From: Glaucostegus cemiculus
Lineage: Eukaryota
NCBI GenBank assembly: GCA_976551045.1
Contig: CDPCPM010000073.1
Coordinates: forward strand, 10,664,001 to 10,728,000
Direction of reading: 5' to 3'
Length of the DNA stretch: 64,000 nucleotides
Shown: positions 11,040 to 21,147 of the stretch, piece by piece
Layout: every line of letters begins with the position of its first letter
Position numbering within the stretch: position 1 is the first letter of the stretch
Notes under the pieces: generated by a model
Told to the model about the DNA's origin: nothing
Database searches by the model: none
The model's input: only the letters and a program-made list of their open reading frames with translations
Translations under genes and position numbers: made by a program

Positions 11040-13300
11040 CCTGTGGGCGGCTCTTCCCTGCTTCTCCCCATTCTCAGCGCGATGTGTCTGAAACTGTCAA
11101 GAGTGCCCGAGGCAGCGACCGGCTGCAGCAGGTGAGGAGCCCGGAGGTTGGGGCCAGGGGTGGACGGTGGGATGGTGCAGGTGAGGCGCCCGGGACGGGG
11201 GTGGGGGGTGGATGTAATTGGGGCGCTGTGTTACCAGGCAAGGGGTTTCACGCTGTGGCAGCCGCCGGCTTTCCCAGGACTTTATTGCTACCTGTAGGAA
11301 TATCTCTCCTCCCTTCCCTCGCTCCCACTCTGTCCCTCTCCAACACTATTCTCTCCCTTGTTTTTTATTCCCTCTGTGAATGTCTCATTCCGTTTACCTC
11401 CCTCGCTGTCTCCTGTCTCCATCTCCCCTGACCCTCCCTCCCTCCCTCCCCTCCCCAATCCCTCACTTCACCCTTTTGCTCCCAACATTTCACGTTTCAG
11501 GCGTCCCCTTGGGTTGGAAAAAATCCCCACGGCATTGGTTATTCTCCCCCTTTCTTTAAGTACACCGGAGTCTCTTCCTTACTCTTCTTCAGTCTCTCAT
11601 TTTCATTCATCTTTCCTTCCCTGTTTCCTCGCCGTCTCGTCGCGCCCTCTCACAGTGCCAGTGTGCGTAGGTGTCTGTCTCTATCCGTCTGCCTATTTCT
11701 CCCCTTCTCTGTTTCTCTCCCCCTTCTCGATCTGCCAACCCCCCCCCCCTTTTGTTTTCTTGCCCCAGTCTGCGACGCCAGACCCAGTGTTGTTTACAGT
11801 GTGAATGCGAGGTGGACCGCGCTTCTCTTCCTGCGCCTCAAGTCTTCCCAGTCTCCGTGTCCATTTGCACCGCTCCATCAGTAACACCATGCCTCTCCTC
11901 CGCCTCCTCCATTCTCACCGCCTTGAATGTTTCTAACCCAGTGCATTTTCTGCCGAGTTGCCCCTTTCCACATCTGCCGTTCCCATGCACATCTCCCCTT
12001 TCATTATATTTTACTTTAGTCGATCTTTTTTGTACCTCAACAGCCAACCCCTGCGTCCCCCCACCCTCCGCCCGTCCTCCTTGTGTTTACTGAAAGAGCG
12101 GAAGCGTTAAGAATAATTGCTCTCTCCTTGCTAAGTAACAGAGTAATAAACAGGTGCCGAACGCCGGAGGGATCTGAAGTCATGCCGGCGAGACTGACAC
12201 CCAGACACAGTGAAACAAAAGTTCAGTCCATTGAATGACAGACACATTAAGGCGTCGCTTCAAGTGCCGCCAGCATCCGTGAGGAGGAACCGTGCTTCAT
12301 TTACCAGGCCACAGGTTTTATTTCGTTAAAGAGTGACGTTGAGAAACTTCAGCCAGCCGCTGGCATGTCTGGGCCGACTTCACTGCCAGACACTCAGTCG
12401 GGAAGCTGGGACACTTTTACTTCCCCAAAGGTGTGGGAGGGAGCAGCAGACCAGAGTATGAAGCGAGGCGGGTGGCTAAGGCTGAGGTTCCTCGCCGTAT
12501 AATGAGATGGGCGAGACGTGCGGAACCTCTCTTCGTGAAGATTGCGTACTTTTTACATTTCTTTTGTACCACAACATAGTTTTGCGAGCTGCCTCCTTGT
12601 TTGGTACACACCCTTTCCTTCCCCTATACCCAACGCACTGTCACTTCGTGGCTTTGGTTCCAGTCCTCGCCTGGGTTCTGACTTCCGAATGAGTTGTAAC
12701 ATTTCTACTTGGCCAGGGGGTGAGCTGAAGCTGCCGAAATCATCCAGCCCCAGCAAGTGAAACGCATGTCCACTTGCCAATCCGCATATATTAACCTTAC
12801 AAAAATGCAATTAAAACACATTCGACATAAGGGTTTACCTAACGACAGTCTGTTTCCTGCTCTCCCCGCTGCGTTAGAGAAAAAAACACACACAAATGAA
12901 GATAAAGTATTCTCAATATCCATAATGTGCAATCAGAGAGGGAGACATGGTCACAGGTTGTACATTGAGTAGAGACACCGTTACTGCCAGTTACACAGCC
13001 GGCAGGGACCAGAGACCAGGACACGGGAGACTACGGAGGCTGGAAAATGATAGTGGGGTATCTGTTAGTGGGGTGGAGACTGGGAAAGCGCCTGTCACAC
13101 TGGACACTCGGAGTACTGGGACCAGAGGTGGAGAACCCACCTGTTACAGCGCCGATCGCTGGGAGGCCGCCGAGGATGGAATATCAGCCGCTAAAGGGCC
13201 GGACACCAGGAAGTCACCTGCTAGAGAGCGGGCCATTGGATGCCGACCCTCTAGACCGATGCACACAGTGAGACTGGTAGAGGCCCTATGAGAGAACCAG
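11040..13300. promoter_or_regulatory. CpG-rich region, putative promoter/first intron; GC box GGGCGG at 11045-11050
   Basis: CpG density is visibly higher than in the AT-rich, CpG-depleted flanks, and there are no TE fragments. Not computed. Confidence 0.55.
11078..11131 (+). other. Candidate first exon of the BAIAP3-like gene (ATG at 11082, MCLKLSRVPEAATGCS; donor CAG|GTGAGG)
   Basis: Lies at the start of a CpG-rich region, about 30 nt after a GC box. The donor is strong and followed by G-run-rich intron sequence. It ends in phase 2, compatible with the exon at 32079. Confidence 0.5.
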
Positions 13301-13384
13301 ACTGGAGAACAACTATCAGCGTGCTGGACATTGGGGGAGCAGCTGCAGGAGGGCGGGGCACTGTCAGCATGCCTATCCCAGGGC

Positions 13385-13542
13385 TGGACCCCATTGGACC
13401 ACCTGTCAGAGGCCTGGACCCCACAGGGACACCTGTCAGAGGCTCGGACCCCATTGGACCACCTGTCAGAGGCCTGGACCCCATTGGACCACCTGTCAGA
13501 GGCCTGGACCCCACAGACAGGGACACCTGTCAGAGGACTGGA
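13385..13542. repeat. 30-bp minisatellite, ~5 copies (TGGACCCCATTGGACCACCTGTCAGAGGCC)
   Basis: Near-perfect tandem copies, directly visible. Confidence 0.92.
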
Positions 13543-13865
13543 TATTGCAAGAACACCCCTTAGTGTGTTCAATGCCAGTGGGATAGACACTAGTATTATC
13601 CATCAAAGGGCTAGATATTGGGACTACCTGTTAGAAGGAGGAAGTATATTCTCGGAGGAATCTTTACCATGCAGTCTTAGAGAAATTCTGTCTATCTGTG
13701 CTGTCAATTCCCTAAGATGTTTTATGTACCTGGGCTGCATATTCCCTGAGGTGTCTTCTGTACCCTTGCAGTGTATCCCCAGACTGGCTCTGTGTACCCT
13801 TGGGTGTTCTGTGTACCGATGTATTATGTTTGGAAGAGGTGCTGTGTACCTGTGCAGTGTCATTA

Positions 13866-15700
13866 AGTCATGGAGTCACACAGTGTGGAAACACGGCCTT
13901 CAGCCCACCATGTCTGTGACAGCCGTCAAGTACCTATCCATACTCATCCTGTTTTTCAGCACTTGACCTGCAGACTTCGATGAAGTTTCATATGTTCATC
14001 TGAGTACTTAAAAGTTTTGGGATTGCCTGCCTCCACCACCCACCAGGCACTGTGTCCAGATTTCAAGCATCCTCTGGGTGAAAAAAATCTTCCACAAGTT
14101 CCTTCTCTTATGTCTGTTCCCTCTGGCTGTGAACACCTCTTCCGTGGAGAAAATGTTCTCACTATCTACCCTACCTATGTCCCTCATAATTTTCTATACC
14201 TTAAATAGTTCCTCCCTCAGCCTTCTCTACTCAAAGGAAAACAAATCCAGCCTATCTAGTCTCTCCTCACAGCTGAAATGCTTTACCTCCAGCAAAATTT
14301 GGTGAATTTCCTCTGCACTCTCTCCAGTGCAGACACACTCTTCCTGGAGCAGGACAACCAGAATTGCACACAGTGTTCCAGCTGTGACCAAGCTAACGTT
14401 TTATATAGTTGCACTGTAACCTCCCTGCTCTATACAATGGCCAGTGAAGGTAAGTATATTGCATGCCCTCTAAACCACCTTATCTACCTGTGTTGTTGCC
14501 TTCAAGAATCCTTGGACAAGTGCATTAAGGTCCCTCTGTTCCTTAGTAAGTCCTAGGGTCCTTGTGTATATCCTAGGCATTATAGTTTTCCAAGATACAT
14601 TGCATTGTGCTTTTCAGGATTAAATTCCATTTGACATTGCCCTGCCCACCTAACCATTTCATCAATATTTTTCTGTAGCTGAAAACCACCCTCCTCATCT
14701 TGATTGCCATACTAATCATACCACCTGCGTTCTTATCAAGGTCTTTAATGTATATAACAACACCACTGTCTCAGGCTTCTAATCGCAAAAACAACCCCAC
14801 ACCAACATCCGTGGCCAATTTCAAATACAATTTGCCAAATTCCCCCAGATACCATGGATACCATGATCTTTTGGATGGTGTCCCATTTGGGACCTTACCA
14901 AAGGCTTTACTGAAGTCTATATAGACTATCCTCATTGACACACTTACTTACCTCTTCAGACCTGCAGCCTTTTGTGTTTCCCTACCATTGATGTTAGACT
15001 CACCAGCCTATAATTGAATTATTCCTGTTGACCTTCTTGAATAAAGGTACCATATTTGTTGTCCTCCAATCATCTAATACTTTTTCTATGGCTAGACAAG
15101 ATTTGAAAAATCTCTTCCTTTGCCTCCCATAGCAGCTTGGGATATATCTTATCAGGCCTTGGGGATTTTTAAAGCATTAACCCTGCTAGGACGTCTAATA
15201 CCTCCTACTTTTTGATGTTAATTTGCTTTAGAATTTCACTGTCCGCCTCACTGAAGTTCCCAACTACAATGACCTTCCTCATAGTGAATATAAATGAGTA
15301 AGATTCATTTAAGACTTCACTTATATCTTCTGGCTCCACACACATTAACACTTTGGTCCATAATGAGTCAATTCTTTCCCTAGTTATTCTCTTTCCCTTA
15401 ACATACATAAACTACTTTGGGATTGTCCTTAATCTTGCCCTTCAATACTATTTTGTACCCCCTCTTTGCCCTCTTAATTACTTTTTAAGGCGCCCCACCT
15501 CCACTTACTCTACTTCAGAGGGCCTCACCTGCTCCAGCTTCTCTAAACCTTCCACAAGCTTTTCTCCCCTACATTTGACCCTTGACGTACAGGGTTCCTT
15601 GAGCTTGTTGGCCTTACCTTTCACCCTTACGGGAGTACATTAGCCCCAAGCTCTCTCTACTTCATTTATGAATGATTCCCACAGGCCAAATGTCAAACCA
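13866..15700 (-). mobile_element. Degenerate CR1 LINE
   Basis: 3' tail at ~13866; RT remnants (IDFSKAFGKVP at ~14880-14925); ORF 15205-15408 (YVKGKRITRERI...EVLNES). Confidence 0.8.
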
Positions 15701-16429
15701 CAAGTCCTGCTCTAAGTCTAAACAGAGGAATTCTGTGCACCCTTCAATGTATTCCTGCAGTTTATTCCCAGAAAACTCTATGTATCTGTGCAGTGTATTC
15801 ACACTGCAGTTCTGTGTATCCATGTGATGTATTCCTGAAGGGGTAATCTGTACCCGGGTTGTGTATTTCAGAGGTGGGGGAGATTTGTTTACCTCTGGAT
15901 TGCATTTTATTCTGTGCACCCAAGTAGTTTTCAGCTGGAGAGATTCTGTGTGTCCATGTTGTGCATTTCCATTGTGATGGTTTTGTGTACTTACACAGTG
16001 TATTCCAGGAGGTGTGATCCCAGGGAATTCTGCAGGTAATTCCCAGAGAATTCTATGTACCCTTGTTATGTATTCTCAGAGTATTTTCTTTAAAACCTGT
16101 GCACTGTAATGGTTCTGTGTATTCTTCCAGTGTACTCTAGGATGTGTTCTGTTTATTTGTGCAATGTAATGCAGACTGAACATTAATGGGACAGAGGTTT
16201 AAAATTTTGGGCAAAAGATACAAGGAGGATATAAGGATAAATGTTTTTATGGAGGATACTTATGAACTGGATGTTTCCAACTGGAAGGATGGTGAGCGTT
16301 TCTAAAGAGGATTGGCTAGGACCTTGAGGGAGAGTCCATTGCAAGGCTCCAGACAAAGAGGGGAGGTTGAGTTCGATGGAATTGCTCTACTAGTAGCCAG
16401 CATTGATTCAATAGGCCAAATCATAGCCT

Positions 16430-18180
16430 TCTAAGATCATAACAAAAGAGCAGAAGTAGACCATTCAGGCACTTATGCCTGATCTGTCATCCATTGCGAT
16501 CATAGAATCACAGAGTCATACAGCATGGAGACATTTTTGGCCCATAACTCTTTGGCCCAACTGGTCCACGCTGATCAAGATACCCCATCCAAACTAGTCC
16601 TCTTTTCCAGTGTTTGGCGCATAACCTTATAAACCTTTCCAATCCATGTACCTGTCCAACTGTCTTTTAAAAGTTGTTATTGTACCTGCCTTAACCACTT
16701 CCTCTAGCAGCTCATTCCACATACATACCACCCTTTGTGTAAAAAAGTTGCCCCTTAAATTTCTCTTAAATCTTTCCCCTCTCACCTTAAACCTATGCCC
16801 TTTTAATACCCCAACTCTGGGAAAGAGACTGAGTGCATTCACTCTATCTATGCTCTCATGATTTTATACATTTCTTTAAGATCACTCCTCAGTCTCCTGT
16901 GCTCTAAGGAATAAAGTCCTTCATAGTGGATCTTATAACTCAGTGTCACTTTCCTGTAAAAATCCCACATCCCTTCTTCTAATATTCAAAAATCTTTTGA
17001 TCTCTTTCTCTAATTTATAGATAGTGACAGAGTCTCCACAATCCTCTTGGGTGAAGAATTCCAAAGACTCACCAATCACTGAATGAAGAAATTTCTTCAC
17101 ATCTCAGTCCTGAACAGCTGGCCCCCGGTTCTAGACAGTTTGCAGGGGAAACATTATACCTGTCAAGCCCAGTATGACTTTTGTATGTTTCAATGAGAAC
17201 GTCTCTTATTCTTCTAAACTAAAGATGGCCCAATCTCTTAACTTGTCCTCAAGGGACAAATCCCTATTTTAGGAAACAATCTGGTGAACCCTCCTTGAAT
17301 ATCATGTATATCCTTCTGAGGTAGTGAGACCAGAGCTGACCACAATATTCCAGGTGCATCTCACCTGAGATCAAGACATCTATTTTCTTGCATTCAAATC
17401 CTCTTGAGATTAAGGTCAACATGCCATTTGACTTGCTAACTGCTTGCTGTACCATTGCATTAACTTCCAGTGATATGTGTACAAGGACACCCAGGTCCCT
17501 CTGTACACCAAAATCTTGCAGTCTCTCAGCATTTAAAAAATACTCCATTTTATTATTTTTTCTGCCGAAGTGAATGACCTCACATTTTTCCACATTATAT
17601 TCCATGTGCCATGTCCTCATCCATTCACTTACCCTAGCATTTATCCCCCTGAAGCCTCTCTATATCTTCCTCACAATCCACACTGGTACCCAGCTTTGCA
17701 TCATCAGCAAACTTGGATATATAAAACGCAGCTCCTTCATCCAAATTGTTGATATAGATTATGTAAAGCTGGGGCCCCAGCACCCTTCCCTGTGGCATCC
17801 CACTGACCAGAGTGTCTGAACCACAAATGACTTCTTTACTCTTGAAGTAAAAACAGAAAAAGATGAAAACATTCAGCAAGTCAGGCAGCACCTGCGAAGA
17901 GGGAAACAGTTAGTATTTCATGTTGAAAACCCTTCTTCAGAACTCAGAACCTATTTGTTCTTAATCTCTATTATCTGTCTGTTAACCATACACACCAGTA
18001 TATTACCTCCAATATAGTGTATTCTATGTTTGATTAATTAGCTCTTGCGTGGCAACATTGAAAGCCTCCTGAAAGTGACAAATACACTACATCCACTGGT
18101 CCACCCTTAACCATCCTGCTAGTTAAAATCTCAAAAAAGTTCCAAAAGATTTGTCAAACCTGATTTTCCTTTCATAAGTC
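16430..18180 (-). mobile_element. Old CR1 LINE containing a younger CR1 3' fragment (16506-16920, TSD TCATAG)
   Basis: ORFs 17634-17891 (SGMPQGRVLGP...SKFADDAKL), 17264-17620 and 16627-16842. TCATAG at 16500-16505 and 16921-16926. Confidence 0.85.
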
Positions 18181-20099
18181 CATGCAGTGTTTTCCCCAGA
18201 CCTATTCTGTGTCTCCATTCTCTATATTTCAAGAGGCATTCTGTGTAGCTATGCAGTGTATTCCTGGAGGGATTCTGTGTACCTGTGCTGTGTATTCCTA
18301 CTGAAGTTCTGTGTACCCATTCCAGACGTAATTTCAGTAACATATGCAGTGTATGGTGGAAGGAGGTTTCTATGGATTAGGGCTGAATATTGCTGGAGAT
18401 ATTTCTGTAACTAAGTAGTATATTCCCAGAAAATCCTGTGTACCCAGTTATTGTATTTCCACAGTAGTAATGTAAACCCATGCTAAGTATTTCTGGAGGA
18501 ATTTCTCAGAGTTGTGCAGTGTACTCACAAGAGTGATTCTGTGTGTCTGGCGGGATTCCTTGTACCTGAGCAATGTTTTCCTGGAGAGATTGCAGCGTGC
18601 TCTAGGAGAGGTTCTATGTACCTTTACAGCATATTCCAGGAGGAGTTTTATGTACCTGTGCAATGTATTCTAGGATGTTCCCTATGTCCCAAAGGGATTC
18701 TGCATTTCCATGCAATGCATTTCCAGAGATGGTCCAGGTACACGTGACTTATTCTTGGGGGGAGATGGATGGTCATTGAGCCCATATAGAGCATTCCCAG
18801 AGAATCCTGTATAACCGGTCTATTCCCAGTGGGTTTTTGTGCACCCATGTTGTGTATTCTGGATTGGTTCTTTGTAACCATACAGTATATTCTTGGAGTG
18901 GTTTAGTGTATCCACTGTATGTATTTCCAGAGAGTTTCAGAATAATGGGTCAGTGTATTCACAAAGTAAAATGATCCAGGCTATTCCTGGAGGGGTTCTA
19001 TGTACCTGTGAAGTTTATTCCTATGGTTTCCCTATATTCCTGTGTAGTGTATTTCCAGAAGAATCCCCTATACCCTTGCAGTATATTTCAGGAGGGATTC
19101 TGAGTAACAGTGTAGAAATTGCTGGGTGGGGTGGGGTGGGGTGCAGTGTGTTACTAGGGGTGATTTGTGTACTTTTTTTTTATTCTGGGAGGAGTTCTAT
19201 GTAACTGCATAGTGAATACAGGAGTTATGTATACCATACCTTGTATCTGTAGTGAATCTGTATATCTGCAATGTATTACCCCAAGTTCTGTTTACCATGT
19301 TATACATTTCTGAAGGGGTTCTATGTGCCTATGCCATACATTCTAGGAGCGATTCTGTGTAACTGCAGTGTTACCCCAAAACAGTTCTCTGTAACCATTC
19401 AGTGCATTGCCAGAGGGGTTCTTTGTACCCATGTAGTTTATTTCTTGAGGTGATATATGTACCTTGCCTTGATTCCTGACTGGGTGGGTTTCTGGATACC
19501 CACATCATGTTTTCCAGAGAGGTTCTGTGCACCCTTGCAAAGTATTCCAGGAAGCATTTTGTGCACCAGTGCAGTCCATTCAAGCAGAGGTTCTCTATAC
19601 CTGTGCTGTGTATTCCTGGAGGGTTTAATTGTGCCTATATGGTGTTTTCCAGGAGTGATCTGTATACCCACACGGTGTATTCTGGGAGCAACAGTTTCAT
19701 TTTACCTATGTGTTGTATTCCTGAAGTGGTTTTATTGCACCCATGCGATGTATCCCTGGAGGGGTTTGCTCTACCCATGCAGTGTATTCCAGGAATTCTG
19801 TGTACTTCTGTGTACCCATGCAGTGGAGAAACTCTCTGTATCTGTGTAATGTATTCCTGGAGGCCTTCAGTGTACCCTTGCAGTATATTCCTGAAGACAT
19901 TCTGTCCCCCAAAATATCTATTCTCATAAAGTATCCCTGCAGTGTCTTCCTGGTGGGACCCTGTGCACTCATAACATTTGTTGTTATCGACATTCTGTGT
20001 GCTGTTGAAATGTATTCCATCAAGTATTCCATGCACCTTTGCAGTGTATGTGAGGAATGGTTCTATGCAGTGTATTCCAGGGGTGGTTCTGTGTACATA

Positions 20100-20405
20100 G
20101 GCGGTATGTTCCAGTGTAGTGGTTAGCGTAACGTTATTACTGCGCCAGTGACCCAGGTTCAATTCCACCCGCTGTCTGTAAGGAGTTTGTACGTTCTCTC
20201 CGTGTCTGCATGGGTTTCCTGCAGGTGCTCCAGTTTCATCCCATATTTCAAAGACATATGGGTTAAGAAGTTGTGGGCATGCTATGTTGGCGCCGGAAGC
20301 ATGGCGACACTCGCAGGCTGCCCCCAGAACACTTGACTGCAAAAAAAGATGCATTTCACTGTATGTTTCGATGTACATGTGACTAATAAAGATATCTTAA
20401 TCTTA
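20100..20405 (+). mobile_element. tRNA-derived V-SINE with a Rex1/Babar-like 3' tail
   Basis: A box CAGTGTAGTGG, B box GGTTCAATTCC, V-domain, and tail TTTCACTGTATGTTTCGATGTACATGTGACTAATAAAG(ATCTTA)n. Confidence 0.82.
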
Positions 20406-21067
20406 CGTATGTAATCTGTTCCCTGAGAGGTTCCTTGTACTGTTGCAATGCTTTCCAGGATTGGTTGTGTGTATCCATGGACTGTATTCCAGGAGATTTT
20501 CTGTGCATCCATGCTGCACCTTCCATGTGCCTGCAGTGCATTCTAAGACGAGCTCTATATATCCATGTTCTGTATTCCCAAGGGCTTCTGTGTATCCATA
20601 CATTATATTTCAAGAGGGATATTCTGTATACTGTATACCCACAAGTGTTCTGTGTATCTGTGCAGCAAGTGCTAGGGAGCAGTTAATGCAAATATATTTA
20701 CATGCTTCATGAATGGAAAGTGGAACATTGTGCAGAAACACTAACCATCTGTGTTGTAGTTTGAATAAATCAAACCTGATTTGCACAGTGTGTTGAACCT
20801 TCGACCTTTCAGCCTCAGTGCTGGAGTGGAGACGTGAACTCTCACAGCAGGTAGATTTGGGAGTTTGGTGCTGGAAGTGCGCTCACAATGGATAACGTGC
20901 TACCTTGAGTGGGCGTGCCACAGCTGCTGAGTCGGAAAAGTTTTTAACACAGTGTCACTCAAATGGTGCTTATTTCTTCACTATTTTATGTTACTGTTTT
21001 TCCTCTTTTAGGCTTACTTAATTTCCTCTGACTAACCCTGCTCGCACTGGAATCCAGAAACTGTGCA

Positions 21068-21147
21068 ATGCAGCAGTTCCAGAGTCGCCAGTCAATCCGT
21101 AGGCCAGCAGCTGGGGAGGGAGCCTATTCCACTGCCAGCAAGTCCAG
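21068..21147 (+). CDS. BAIAP3: BAIAP3-like first coding exon (exon 21012-21147; MQQFQSRQSIRRPAAGEGAYSTASKS-R)
   Basis: Acceptor tcctcttttag|G at 21011/12 and donor CAG|GTAAGG at 21147/48. Phase 2 joins 32079. Weak similarity to the BAIAP3 N-terminus. Confidence 0.65.

Larger units (their letters stand above)
13640..20660. repeat. Degenerate ~31-bp tandem repeat (consensus ~GGTTCTGTGTACCCATGCAGTGTATTCCAGGA), blocks at ~13640-13860, 15725-16170 and 18180-20660
   Basis: Recurrent TTCTGTGTACC..TGCAGTGTATTCC units; the source of many spurious Cys/Tyr-rich ORFs. Confidence 0.8.

Noticed and set aside
13144-13966. Several overlapping ORFs up to 211 aa
   Set aside because: Produced by the 30-bp and 31-bp tandem repeats.
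18131-20712. Dense cluster of Cys/Tyr-rich ORFs on both strands
   Set aside because: Translations of the degenerate ~31-bp repeat and a SINE.
20789-20850. Possible extra non-coding exon (cacag|…CAG|gtagat)
   Set aside because: Weak donor and no independent support; cannot be called without transcripts.
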